From Chrysomallon squamiferum (taxonomy: Eukaryota; Animalia; Mollusca): a stretch of DNA of 64,000 nucleotides. A program made the position numbers and the translations under genes. A model generated the notes under the pieces. That model did not search any database and was not told the DNA's origin. It worked only from the letters and a program-made list of their open reading frames with translations. The stretch is from the NCBI GenBank assembly GCA_012295275.1, contig CM022670.1, forward strand, positions 5,580,001 to 5,644,000, in the 5' to 3' direction. Each line of letters opens with the position of its first letter. Within the stretch, counting starts at the first letter, position 1. This document shows, in pieces, positions 26,348 through 41,250 of this stretch.

Positions 26348-27271
26348 GATAGATGGACGGACGGATGGATGCATACACTGGTCGACAATTACAGTGCATT
26401 ACGTAATATCTGTAGAATCAAAAAGCAAATATGCAAAAATTGTGAACATTTTTTTTCATTTATATTTCCTTGAATTTTTTTTTTTTTTTTTTTTTTTTTT
26501 TTGAACCTGTTAAATATTTGGTGCATGCAGTGGTCTTCTCCATGAAGAAGGAGCAGATTATAACCTCATTGACAATGTTCACAACATCAAATACCATTTC
26601 TGTATGCTGTCATCAAAAATATATGGATCAAAAGAATGATAGTATCTTATGATCAGCTTTTATTTAAATAACACAGATTTAAAAAGATAATAGCATAACA
26701 ACTATAATAATTATAACAATATTAATTATAAAAATAATAGTAATAATCATCATCATCAAATGAACAAAACAACAAACAAAGAGATGTAGTTGTCACATAT
26801 TTTCATTATTCTGCTGTCTACACTACACTGTACTATTGTCATATATTTTCATTATACCACTATCTACACTTCAGTTTAGAACAGTTACCTATTTTTGATA
26901 TAACATTATGTACTTAATGTTTTGAAGTTCGTTTGATAATCGGCTAGAAGGAAATGAGATATTATTTCAGAATGCTTCTCATCGTTGTAAGAAAGGTTAA
27001 ATATAAACAGAACTCAAGTAAAGAAGTGTTTTTATTATGTATGTGTGTGTGACACATTATCTAATTGTTTACATATAAATCATAAAATTGAATATAATTT
27101 TTCTAATTGCCTTCATTGTTGGAAAAATCTAAATAATACATTTTTTTTTTGTTTAAAAAGATTACTAATCATCTAATAAAAGGATCAATTGAATAACACA
27201 AATTTCTACATCAGTTTATAGCAGTCAATTAAATTAATTAAATTATTTTTAAATTTGTTTTCCTTTATTGT

Positions 27272-28390
27272 GTAGTGTTAGAAAATACGTACTGTCTTTG
27301 GTAAACTAGTGTTAGAAAATACGTACTGTCTTTGGTAAACTAGTGTTAGAAAATACGTACTGTCTTTGGTAAACTAGTGATGAGAAAATACGTACTGTCT
27401 TTGGTAAACTAGTGATGAAGAAAATACGTACTATCTTTGGTAAACTAGTGATGAGAAAATACGTACTGTCTTTGGTAAACTAGTGTTAGAAAATACGTAC
27501 TATCTTTGGTAAACTAGTGATGAGAAAATACGTACTATCTTTGGTAAACTAGTGATGAGAAAATACGTACTATCTTTGGTAAACTAGTGATGAGAAAATA
27601 CGTACTATCTTTGGTAAACTAGTGATGAGAAAATACGAAAACTAGTGATGAGAAAATACGTACTATCTTTGGTAAACTAGTGATGAGAAAATACGTACTA
27701 TCTTTGGTAAACTAGTGATGAGAAAATACGTACTATCTTTGGTAAACTAGTGATGAGAAAATACGTAAACTAGTATCTTTAGTGATGAGAAAATACGTAC
27801 TGTCTTTGGTAAACTAGTGATGAGAAAATACGTACTATCTTTGGTAAACTAGTGATGAGAAAATACGTACTATCTTTGGTAAACTAGTGATGAGAAAATA
27901 CGTACTATCTTTGGTAAACTAGTGATAGAAAATACGTACTATCTTTGGTAAACTAGTGATGAGAAAATACGTACTGTCTTTGGTAAACTAGTGATGAGAA
28001 AATACGTACTGTTTTTGGTAAACTAGTGATGAGAAAATACGTACTATCTTTGGTAAACTAGTGATGAGAAAATACGTACTGTCTTTGGTAAACTAGTGTT
28101 AGAAAATACGTACTGTCTTTGGTAAACTAGTGTTAGAAAATACGTACTGTCTTTGGTAAACTAGTGATGAGAAAATACGTACTGTCTTTGGTAAACTAGT
28201 GATGAGAAAATACGTACTGTCTTCGATAAAGTAGTGTTAGAAATAACATACTGTCTGATAAAGTAGTGTTGAAAAAATAAGTACTGTCTGATAAACTAGT
28301 TTTGAGAAAATACGTACTGTCTGATAAACTAGTGTTAAGAAAATACGTACTGTCTTTGATAAACCAGTATTGAGAAAATACGTACTGTGT
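27272..28390. repeat. 34/35-bp minisatellite (~32 copies)
   Basis: Unit tagtgatgagaaaatacgtactatctttggtaaac. Confidence 0.95.
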
Positions 28391-29978
28391 TTGAATGGGA
28401 AATAGCTTGGAAAAAGAAATGAGGAGTTTGATCTCGTGACATGTCACGCATGCGTTGTTCCACTTAACAAACACCGCGGTCGTAAAACACCATATTATAA
28501 TTCATATATTAAACTATAAATAATATCTGTTTAATCATATCATCTATAATATAATATTAAAATATTCTACTACTGAGCACTATAGCGACCTATGTTACAC
28601 TTAATATTTTGGTTTAAAAATACAACTAACAGTGTATAAAAGTAATTCATATACTTGTAGGGTAAAATACAAGAAATACGTAATATGCGTAGTATTACGT
28701 ATAAGTGATAGTGTATAATACTACAAAAACACAGATTACAATGCTACAAAAACGTAACAGCGTAAATGCGTAGGCATTCCTTGACTAACGCGATTAATTA
28801 ATCTATCGACTTTGCACGTATATCGAAATAGCGTTAATCAAATATAATAATGGTAAAAATTATAACTGCAATCTAATGCTGACTGAAACAAATTCAACTA
28901 TATAAAATATATCGATGTATCTACCTCGTAAGGAAAATAGAAAGAGGAAAACATAAAAAAAGAAAGAAAATAGTTAAATGTTTTCTGAATACAAAGTACT
29001 GTTGCAGTTTGTAGATTTTATCTGTTCACAAATTTTGCAGTGGCGGTCAATCTGTTTCTCTTAACTGTTGCAAACTAGACTGCTACGATTCAGATCTGAA
29101 TCCATATCCATTATTTGTTGGTTAAGCGACTTAAAATTACGAAACATTTGATTAAGCTCTTTAATCACGACCAGCTGGCAACCTCGCTGTCACAGTCGTC
29201 ACGTAATCTCATTACTGGCAAAATATGAGCGCTCCCACGCAGTGACGTTCGCTGGTGTTTGCTTTAACGCGGGAAATTCGAAACCGTGTTAATCAAAATG
29301 TTTACCGTTGAGATCCAGGAATTAATATTACCGCCATAATCAAGCGCTGCGCAAAGCAAAACTGCGTTAAACGAGGCGTACGTCAACTACAAATGCGTAA
29401 TAAATTATAATATTACAGACAGGCAGTACTATACTGTAAAAAAAACAACCACTAATAGTTTAAATACTACAATAAGGAATTGTTCAAACCGTTGACACTC
29501 GATTTTATGGTCCTCGGATCTCCGTACTTCGGAAAATCCGAGTCAGAACGGGAAAAATCACAAAATTTGGACTTAACGCTGTCTGCAAGAAACGAGCCTG
29601 CAGCTCGTGAACTGCGTGGTAGGTTCCAGTCGGCGCGTTGTAAATATTTGTGAGTGGAGTGGCAGTACAGTGTCTCCTCCAAATCATCGCCATGTTTTCA
29701 TTATTATAATTAATAAAAAAAAAGAATTTGTGATTAGCAGTCGCTTGTATGGCTTCAAGAGGAAGAAGTGAGAAAAGGAAAAACTGCATTTTAGAGTCGG
29801 TCAGAAATTCGAGGAAATGCAACGTCTTGAATCTGAACATTGCTCTTACATTATTATATTACTGTTATTGCTTAATGTGTAGTAAAGTTTAATGCTTCGC
29901 TACATTTTAAAGTTAATCTTTACATTCGCGACGACGCCAGACTTGTCCTTCCCCTATTAGTCCCTGAAATTGAGCTGA

Positions 29979-30502
29979 TACAAATACATACCAGTGTATA
30001 ATACTACAAATACATACCAGTGTATAATACTACAAATACATACCAGAGTGTAATACTACAAATACATACCAGCGTATAATACTACAAATACATACCAGGG
30101 TGTAATACTACAAATACATACCAGTGTGTAATGCTACAAATACATACCAGTGTGTAATGCTACAAATACATACCAGTGTGTAATACTACAAATACATACC
30201 AGTGTGTAATGCTACAAATACATACCAGTGTGTAATGCTACAAATACATACCAGTGTATAATACTACAAATACATACCAGTGTATAATACTACAAATACA
30301 TACCAGTGTGTAATACTACAAATACATACCAGAGTGTAATACTACAAATACATACCAGTGTGTAATGCTACAAATACATACCAGTGTGTAATGCTACAAA
30401 TACATACCAGTGTGTAATGCTACAAATACATACCAGTGTGTAATACTACAAATACATACTAGTGTATAATACTATAAATAGATAGTAGTGCATAATACTA
30501 CA
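29979..30502. repeat. 26-bp minisatellite (~20 copies)
   Basis: Unit tacaaatacataccagtgtgtaatac. Confidence 0.95.
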
Positions 30503-31209
30503 TGAATGTGATACACATGATACTATAACTAATGATACCATAGATTGAGCAATTTCAGATAAGATGTACGACTTGCTTAGAAAATAAAATTTCAATTTGT
30601 CATGTGTTAAGAAATGTTAAAATCATGAAGATATCAACTGGTATAAATGTTTGTCTGAAGTGAACTTCAAAATGGGAAGTTTTTGGAGGGTGACATAGAG
30701 ACACACTGGTTAGTACGTTGATTTATTTGCAGAAGGCTGAGCACAGTGGGAGAACTAATTTTCCAAACAGTTGTCGTCTCAGAAAACTGTTAAGATTTGT
30801 ACGAAAATAAAAGAAGCGAAAGGAAGATAAATGATCAATCTTATAACTAAAACGAAACATAAATTCTGATTAATACGTTTGCTATGTCGGTCGTAAGAAA
30901 GCGTCTGTTACTGGTGACTGGGTCTATTATCTCGGCAGTCATAACTCGCTGTTTGATCATTGATAACGTCACAAACACATTTTACTCGTTCGAGAAATTA
31001 ACCTTTAAATTCCAAGCGAAATTAGCTTTTGTCATTTTGCACATACACAGTTCCAGTAGGATGTGGATATTTTACAAGTCAGTTTGTTTCTGGTGCGATC
31101 AATGTAATCAATTGAAAAAGTAAATCAGCCTGCATGATTTTCTGACAAAATTCACTGCAGTGGACATTTCATACAACAAAACTGCTTCGTTTTCTTCAAA
31201 CATATGTTA

Positions 31210-31510
31210 GTTTCATGAAATTTATACCGCAGTTAATACTATGCTAATTTCATAAAGTTGTATACCACAGTTAATCCTGTATTAATTTTACTGTGTTTAT
31301 TTCATAAAATTTATAACGCAGTTAATACTATGATAATTTCATAAAATTTGTACTACAGTTAATACTGTGTTAATTTCATAAAATGTATACCACGGTTAAT
31401 ACTGTGTTAATTTTATAAAATTTATGAAGCTGTTTTTACTAATTTCGTAAATTTATACAACAGTTGATATTGTATAAATTTGAAATTTATTATAATACTG
31501 TTCATTTCAT
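31210..31510. repeat. Degenerate ~37-bp tandem repeat
   Basis: Core ttcataaaatttataccacagttaatactgtgttaat. Confidence 0.7.
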
Positions 31511-31834
31511 AGAATACAGACAGTTATTTCAATTTTAACTTAAAATTGAAATATAAAATTATTGTTTAAAATTAACCAGCTATATTATTAAATATTAAAT
31601 ATATATATAACTTTTATTACTAAAACTAAAGCGAACAAAAATCTGTAGTAAAATATCTTGTTGGCAGTGTGAAAAAAACTGCTCACATAAATACACATAT
31701 TTTAATATATAACTGTTGATTTACCGTGTTTTAAATAAAATAACATTCAAGACTAAGATAGGAAAATGATAACCAACTGCAAAAACGAGTTATCATTGCC
31801 GTATGGTGATGATAATGATGATGATGACAATGAT

Positions 31835-31876
<42 letters not shown>

Positions 31877-32111
31877 TATTATTATTATTATTATATTTTA
31901 TATTGCTATTGCTATCACAAATTTATTAAACAAATACTTATAGCAATGATAGTTTTAATGCAGCTTTTAATTTAAAGAAAAATACGCAAAATGGATATGT
32001 AGTTAAATGCTCTCTTCCTATCAAGTAACTTATTTATAATAACTGTATGAAGTAAAAACTATTGTTTTAAATATACAGTATATTATCTAACTAGTATTTG
32101 ATAACTGTTTG

Positions 32112-32535
32112 AAAAAATAAGGGCTTGATATCTTCGTTTAATAGATAATATACAAAATAACGGCTTGTTATCTTCGTTTAATAGATAATATACAAAATAA
32201 GGGCTTGCTATCTTCGTTTAAGATAGAAAATAACGGCTACAAAATAACGGCAAAATAACGGCTTGCTATCTTCGTTTAATAGATAATATACAAAATAACG
32301 GCTTTCTATCTTCGTTTAATAGATAACATACAAAATAACGGCTTGCTATCTTCGTTTAATAGATAATATACAAAATAACGGCTTGCTATCTTCGTTTAAT
32401 AGATAACATACAAAATAACGGCTTGCTGTCTTCATTTAGTAGGTAATATTTAAAATGATGGCTTCCTTTACAGTTTAGTAGATAATATTTAAAATAACGG
32501 CTTCCTATTTTAGTTCAGTAGATAATATTTAAAAT
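32112..32535. repeat. 40-bp minisatellite (~10 copies)
   Basis: Unit aaaataacggcttgctatcttcgtttaatagataatatac. Confidence 0.92.
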
Positions 32536-33339
32536 TTCTGTATGATATAATAAACTAAGCGGTAGAGTTCTAGATGAAGATTAAAAGTGACGCAGTAAAA
32601 CAGAATGATGGCAAAGTGAATACTTTGCCGTACAAGTAAAAGAAGACTAACTTACCTGTGTGTCACGGAGTAATCTTTGACGGAATGGCCGAGGCTCGAT
32701 ATTCAAGCGGCTTTATCAAAGTAGCCAAAAACTCGGAGGCGGGCGTACCAACATATTAATGTCGATAGCACGTGACAGTGTAAGCTTGTGACAGTGTTTG
32801 TATGAGCTATTGGCTGGTAGCCATTTACAGTTTTATCGATATCAGAGAGTGGTACAGATAAAGCAAGTCTTGTGAGTCTCTATGCTGGTTTGTATGATGC
32901 AGTTTATAACTCATCACGCTGTCTGCTTTGATGCAGACACATCACTGTATTGCATAACAGAGAGCGTTATAATGTCAGTGTAAAGTATGTACCATTTGAA
33001 TAACAATGTATCTCAGTAAAAACATGTTTTTGTAAAATACTGTAAAATTAACTGTAAAACAATGCTGTATTTTGTTTAACATATGCCTGTAATAACATGA
33101 ATATGAATTTAATATAAAACAAAGTTATATTCCGTATAATATACCCTGTAATAACATGGATGTGAATCTAACAAGAACCTTTAATTAGTAAAAAAAAAAA
33201 AAAAAAAAAAAAAAAAGTAGATATACTTCAATCAAGAGAGTTAAATTTTTAAATTTTTACTTATAAATAAATACTGACAATGCATGAACATGTTTTGATA
33301 TTATTAGGTACAGTGTTTTCTCAGTAAATACGTGAACAA

Positions 33340-34070
33340 AATCTCCAAACGTCTGATAGTATGTAAAACGTTCAACATAAACATCTTATTGTAATGTAAA
33401 AACACTAAACGTCTAATACCATGTAAAATATTCATCAATAAATATCTTATTAAAATGTAAAAACACTAAACGTCTAATACCATGTAAAATGTTCATCAAT
33501 AAATATCTTATTAAAATGTAAAAACACTAAACATCTAATACCATGTAAAATGTTCATCAATAAATATCTTATTAAAATGTAAAAACACTAAACGTTTAAT
33601 ACCATGTAAAATGTTCATCAATAAATAAAAAATAAAAACACTAAACGTCTTAATTGTAAAATATTCATCAATAAATATCTTATTAAAATGTAAAAACACT
33701 AAACATCTAATACCATGTAAAATGTTCATCAATAAATATCTTATAATGTAAAAAACACAAAACATTTAATACAATGTAAAAACAAATATTTATCAATAAA
33801 TGTCTTATTATAATGAAAACACATGACGTCTAATACCAAGTAAAAAATTCATTAAAAAATATCTTATTATAATGAAAAAACACTAAACGTCAAATACCGT
33901 GTAAAATATTGATCAACAAATATCTTATTATACTGAAAAACACTAAACGTTTAACACAATGTAAAATATTCATCAACAGATATCATATTATAATGTGAAA
34001 CCACTAAACGTTTAACACAAAGTAAAATGTTCATCAATAAATATTTTATTATAATGTGAAAACTGTAAAT
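33340..34070. repeat. ~61-bp minisatellite (~12 copies)
   Basis: Unit aaacactaaacgtctaataccatgtaaaatgttcatcaataaatatcttattaaaatgtaa. Confidence 0.92.
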
Positions 34071-35559
34071 GTGTTATTGTTATGCAAAAAACACTAAGCG
34101 TTTTATATCAATCATAATTATTGCTGCATTTATTTTGTAAATTCATACAAATGTTGGTTTTGTGTTAATTTTAAATTTATGCAGATGTTAGTAATGATAA
34201 TTTTATTGTTAAATATTAAATATTTCTTACTTTTCTTACTAAAACTTGAGGGAAAAAAAACCTATAAGAAAAATATTATGCTTTCTGTGACGAATTTATT
34301 AAACACTGTTTTACATGCTCGTTTTGACTGTAATGTGAGAATAAATAAATAAATAAATAAATAAACAAAAAGTAACAGTTAATTGTTTTAGTGACATGGT
34401 GAGTAATAAAACATGCGGAGTACATCAAGTTTTTTTTTTTTCTGTAAAAACTGAAATTAGAAAGATCAGACGTCGTTCGGTTAAGAAAAAAAAAAGAAGT
34501 AAAAAGATTTAAAAGATAGTTGACAAATTTGTGCGAAGGCGAATTAAATCTGAGAATTAAAATGTTCGGTTAACAAAGTAAAAGTTTGCGTCGCAGACAC
34601 TTAGTCGTGAGCCGACTGCCGCTGTTGCTAAGTGGACCCAGAAACGTCGTAGTAAATTCACGTCAGCCCGGATCACGCTCTTTCTCGTCTAGGAAAATGT
34701 GTTTAACAACAGTTTGTTTCTCTTTGACCTCCATTAACACGTTTACCCACGCCTCCTCTAGAAACCTTTCTTTTTCGTTTTAAACGTGTTACGAAATGTT
34801 AATAATCTGTTAATAATATCAATATGTTTTAACAGCTTCTTTGTTCTAAATAAATGTTGTTGTTTTTTCTGCAAGAGAAATCTAGTTGGATATTTTATTT
34901 ACATGCATTAAAGGTATATCTGTGTGTTGTATTAAAAGACACATGGGTTTTTGACACAATTTTGCACTTAACGACCCAAGTTCAGAAACATTCTTTTAAA
35001 ATTTGAATTAGTTTTCCATTACATGAAGCCTAAACATCTTTCCCTCAGTTTTAAATAACAACTGACTGAATTAATTTTGACAAATGACATTTTTAATGTT
35101 TTCGTTTCTAACTCCATACTTCATATATACCATATTGGTATTCAATGGTTTGACGAGAAAAGATTTAATCCGTGAAAAACTGATTACAAATTCATTTGCA
35201 AGCTGAGCTATTGGTTAATTACATTATTCAACTACAGTCCAGTTTGCTCACACTCAAACAAAAGCTTTCTCAACTATCAGTTCGCTTTCTCTAGCCTTGC
35301 AAAGCCGGCTACAGTGTTAGTGACAGGAATTACATTAGTGTTTTCAATAACAGCACATACTGAATATATTTTCCAGTCACCAACAACATAAAAATTTGTA
35401 CCTGATTCACTTACTATGTAACCGAGTGTAACACAACAAACAGTGTCCATGACAACGGTCAAGCAGCATGCATTTTACTTACCTTCCCGAAATAGCACTG
35501 AAATGCAAATACACACATACTCACAAACACACGAAGACGCACATATCTATGTACACACT

Positions 35560-36210
35560 AAACACAACGAACGAAAGGAGGATATATCAGCAGAACTGGC
35601 AATATTATGAAAGTACACATAAACACCAACATTCAAAAGAAATAAGGGAGAAGGTGAACGCGAATCAGTCCAAATGAAGTAACCAAGAACAAAATTAACT
35701 AATCTTGAAAAACGATCGAAACATAGTTAAAATCGTTAACCAGGTCAACAGTGGAAGTGACCGGTAATAAGCAAAATGAAACTGAACATAGGTGTGTGCA
35801 AAGTATCAGAGAGTCTGGGAAAACCTGGAAGAACCGGATCACAGGTCGTGACTAATTGATAACACTGATAGAGAAGCAGATCAAAATAAGATTATAGAAC
35901 GAACAGAGGATTTCTGCATGGAGCTGTATGGCAATAAAGAAACAGTGTGGAAACTGGTCTGTTAAACACCACACACACAAGAAATCTGGGGAAGAGAGAA
36001 GACCACGGGACAGATGTGACTGGCCACGTTAGAAGATGGAAGCAGTCCTGAGCAGGACACGAAATTCAGAAAACAAAAACAACCTGGAAACGACTCAGAT
36101 GAATGGAAGACGAACTGGATGAGGACTGGAAAGTGAACAAAAATGTGGAAGCCACATTCCGAGCTTTCGCACAACAAAGACGGTGGCATTACGATCAGTA
36201 TCAACAATGA
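35560..36210 (+). mobile_element. Highly decayed, internally deleted RTE-clade LINE fragment
   Basis: Purine-rich stretch with broken frames reading DQNKIIERTEDFCMELYG (~35879-35932), IWGREKTT / TDVTGHVRRWKQS*AGH (~35984-36060), TTWK, DELDEDWK and MWKPH..FAQQ. These resemble the endonuclease-RT linker and C-terminus of invertebrate RTE ORFs as recalled. Stops and frameshifts are present and the RT core is missing. Confidence 0.65.
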
Positions 36211-37921
36211 GAAAACATATATTAGTTTAATCAGCACAGTTTATTAAATACATATAAGACATACATTACGTCTTACGAAAGTTAATGGGGCAATAAGTTT
36301 ATAGTGAAAGGACAAAAAGCCCAGTCACATGCGTCTTGCCTTTTTCTGCAAAGAATCAAATTTCTGTTGATATAAATCAGATACTTAACTTTGCTAGAAA
36401 AAAAAACAAAAAAAAAAATTTAAATAAATGTCCTTATCAAGAAATGTGAAAGAAAAATTATACATAATACACAGATTTAAGAAAACAGATATAGAAAATG
36501 TAGATATTTTTTCTGTATGGCATATTTCGCAGATTTAAAATCTGACTTAACGGCTGAGATGAGGTTTCAAACAGCAATATGAAACCTCTGTACTTTGAAT
36601 TACGATAACGTGAAACGCAATTACTTGTTTCAGCTTAAGTTAGAGCAATCTTCCACACCACCGATGAGTTTGATCAAGTATAAATAAAACATTCAGGAGA
36701 AAATAATAATTGCGTAAATAATCTGCCTTTGTTGAAAACTGTCCCTAATTTCTTCCACAAAAAGGAGCAGAAGTAAAAAAAAAAGTTTGTTAATCTTACT
36801 TTAAACATTTGTGTAACATCACATATGGTATAATTCATGTGTTTAATGACAGATAACACTTACACACTGCCCTGTGTTTAGCATATCGATAGATACTGTT
36901 AGTTCTTGGCACCTGTGATATATGTAAGTAGGTAATACATACACATTACACTATAGTTTACACTGTATGTCAGCAAAGGAAGTAATAACTGTAGTCGGTG
37001 AAACGTATGGGGAACAAAAAGGTCGAGGAATAGACAAGCGAAATATTGACACTGTGAAAACAAAATTAATCTTCAGTGATTCGACTCGTTATTCAGAGTA
37101 GTTCCCCGAGCCCTCATTTCCAGAAGTCAATGCACGTGCTATCCGAGAAACAATGTTTAAACCTAAATCTTTCTGAGAGACCGCATCTGAATTAATCAGT
37201 GTGCGAGGTATTTCTGCGACCAGCTATTGTCGTCGAGTCTTGTGTTTGTTCAATGAAAAGTCATGGGGCCTCCGGAATGAGACGTCTTTAGAAAGAATTC
37301 TGTGGTAATTATTCGAACATCTATCTCCAATCAATAGCACTGTATTAAGATTTTTTTTCTTTATATTTTTGGTTTAGATATATGTGTATGAGTTTGTGGG
37401 TAATATGTGTGTGTGTGGGTATGTCTATGTTGTGGGTGTGTGTTGATGTGCGTGTGTGCGTGCGTGTGTGTGTTTGAATGTATATTGTGCTGTGTGTTAC
37501 ATTAAATAAGTATAACACGTGAAAATTCGTGTACATATGTTCAGTTATTATTTGACAACACTTTTTTTTTCACATAATCTGCGAACTTAACTGAATGCAC
37601 TAAAGCAATTTTAGATAAATGTTTATGAATTTGTGAATTTACAGATTTTTGAATTTTCGAATTTATTATAGTTCAATGTATTTTACAGGCATAATGTTTT
37701 TTTTACATGTTCGCGGCGTTACATACAGGAGCCAACTGAATATCACTGTCCAATTATAGTCAACAAGAATGAAATGCTAAAAAGTTGTAGAATTTAACAT
37801 ATTGCTTGTCAGTCTTAAAGTCTCAATAACTGGAATGTTTGTTACACAAACAAAGAATGAATTTGTTCTGTTTCAGGAAATAAGCATAATTTTATCTATT
37901 AGATATCAATATATATAATTG

Positions 37922-38098
<177 letters not shown>

Positions 38099-39128
38099 TA
38101 AAATGCTTTTTCATTTTGACTGTCGCTCTGCTTTTAAAAACTGGTAAACAACACATAATACTCGACTGACCTCTTCTTGATCCACTGAGAGAGAGAGAGT
38201 GAAAGGCTAGAAAAACGGAATTAAAGAAATACACGTGTATGTGAAGAATAAACTGAAACGTGCCTGGCAGTCAGTGTTATTCAGTTTTGTCATACGGCAT
38301 GATGTCAGAAATCTGATGATCTTTATTAAACGACTGCAGAAGTCAAAAGTGATTAGTTTCCTGTGTGTTAAAAGACGTAACTGTATAAAATTTGAATTTA
38401 GTGAGTAAGGAAAGCCACTCACTACTCACATCAACATGTATCTTTTCTTACAAAACACAGTGACACTCTAAGTAATCTGTCGTGTGACAGTGGTTGGATC
38501 GAAACATTTTCCAAGAAGACTTGATCCACTGATCTGTCACAATGTAATATTAACATACAGAGATAAGACTATTAATCACCTAGTCACTAAATATCAGAAA
38601 TGTACATCATTAGATTTTATTTTTTAAATTTCCTTCCCGCTACAGATACAAACGAAGCAGTTTGTAACATACACTTGACTGTTTTCTTGATGATTTTAGT
38701 AAAATTCACCTTTCTCTTTATTTTGTGTCATCGTCGTCTACATAATAAACAATACTTTTATTTTGTGCGTTAGGAACATGTCTGCTGTTTACTGATGTTT
38801 ATAGGTATGAATTATTTCTCCTGTTCTTTTTTTTTTTTTTCAATGAAATATTATTGTTATATGATTGTTAGAACACATTGTACACCTTGCCCTTTGTCGC
38901 TTCACTATCTTACATTTTTTTCATAAACTGTTCTGGTTAAACTAATACTTTTTCTTTGTTTTTTTAGTGTTCTTATTTACTATAGCACCACCTAGAGAAA
39001 TGATAATGATAATAATAGCAAAATCAGCAATATTAATTTATATATCAGATAGTGAAAGATATGTCTTTATGTATGTGTGTGTGTATACATACATACATAC
39101 ATAGATACATACATACATACATACATAC

Positions 39129-39261
<133 letters not shown>

Positions 39262-40144
39262 TGTTAACTGCAGATAAAGGCAGGAGAGTTGTGAACAACA
39301 GGTTATAAAAGAAATATTTTGTGATTCTATCTCTGAATCAACAGAATCAAACAAAATTTTTAATTTTGTAATGAAATGGATCATCGTTTAGTGTTTCAAA
39401 TAAAACAAAGATTTTTCTTCTGTTGTTATTTATTAATTTATTTATTAAGTTTGTGTATTTTTTACACAAGGCGAGTATAATACAATTCCCTCTACACTGA
39501 GCTGTGTTTTCTGTGTATGGTCTTTTTTTTTTTTTTCTTCTTTTTTTTTTAATAATTTCTGTTGTGTAATATATGTGATATTTCACAGTCTCGATTGTTC
39601 GTATCTGTTTTTACTCGTCTCTGACATCAGTGGAACGGGATGTCGAACCTCCTTCATAAGTCGGTTCTAGCACCAGTGTATCCTACTTTACAAAAATTAC
39701 CCCCAGCTTGTTTAACATACGAAAAGACACTGTTATATTTGATAACCATATGGTTACTGTGCTATGTGGTATTAAATATAAAAAATAAAATTCTTTAAGA
39801 GTAACATATATTATATTATTCCTATATTTCTTAAATCAATATTTTGATTTTTCTAACCAGCGACTGTTAAATGAAAATCTTTCGAGACTAAAATGACACT
39901 GGGTTCATTTTCAAACTCCAGCACGTTTCATAAAATAATGTTCAAACTGCGGAAAACAGCGACGGCAAATACACCAAGTACGCGATCCCAGCAATCGATT
40001 TACCTGAACACAGGTAGCAAAAACACATCTCTGTTACTTTCCTGCGGCTGATTAAAATGGCGTTAGTTTTACGTATTCTGTTACTAACCATGTCATATCA
40101 AACGAAACATCCTCAAAAATAAATATAGCTCATATTTAATATCA

Positions 40145-40622
40145 GCCAATATTTAACACATACTAAATATCACATATTAACATTTGTATGAACCAATATT
40201 TAACACATACTAAATATCACATATTAACATTTGTATGAACCAATATTTAACACATACTAAATATCACATTTTTAACATTTGTATGAGCCAATATTTAACA
40301 CATACTAAATATCACATATTAACATTTGTATGAACCAATATTTAACACATACTAAATATCACATATTAACATTTGTATGAACCAATATTTAACACATACT
40401 AAATATCACATTTTTAACATTTGTATGAGCCAATATTTAACACATTATCACATATTAACATTTGTATGAACCAATATTTAACACATACTAAATATCACAT
40501 TTTTAACATTTGTATGAGCCAATATTTAACACATACTAAATATCACATATTAACATTTGTATGAACCAATGTTTAACACATACTGAGTATCACATAACTA
40601 ACGTGTCTCAACTAATATTTAA
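40145..40622. repeat. 47/48-bp minisatellite (~10 copies)
   Basis: Unit ccaatatttaacacatactaaatatcacatattaacatttgtatgaa. Confidence 0.93.
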
Positions 40623-41250
40623 CTGTAATTGTATATTAATACTATTTATCTTGTGGCAGCGATATTCATCATCATCATAATTAGTTATTATTTTCATGAT
40701 CATCATTGTTAATATTGTTGTCGTGGTTGTTGTTGTTGTTGCTAAAACACACTTCGTAACGAGAAGGTACCCGACTATAGTAAACTAAATTTTTGGTTCC
40801 TGATATTTGTGACTTAACGACTCGACCAGGTTACTGTTCCCAGCATTTTTATAGTGTTTGCAGCTTGAACTGTGCTGTGCACATATTTGTTTTCTGTCTG
40901 AAATAACAATACATCAACAGTTAATGGGGACATTAATTTACAGTTCTCAGAGAACGGCTTTATTTAAAGCAATGAAATGGATTTGATAAGAAGAACACTG
41001 AGCTGGTGGGTAGAATGTGAAAAACAGCACAGATCAACGTATTTAATAGAAAGATCTTTCAGTCCTTTTACAAAACCTACTCAAAAGCAGAAAACTGTTA
41101 CTTTGTATCGTTCACTAGCCATTAATTAAAACTTACGGTAAATATACGATTACAAAATGTACTTTGGTAAGAACAAATATTACTTGACGACAGTACATTC
41201 ATAATCAATTTTGTCACAGCATGTAGTATTACCTTATTCTGATTCATCCA

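Noticed and set aside
19433-30502. Regular 26-35-bp repeats resembling CRISPR arrays
   Set aside because: Units are head-to-tail with no unique spacers, there are no cas genes, and the context is eukaryotic; these are minisatellites.
39625-39690. B-box-like ggttcgacatccc on the minus strand, suggesting a tRNA or SINE
   Set aside because: No cloverleaf and only a poor A box; at most an unrecognisable SINE relic.
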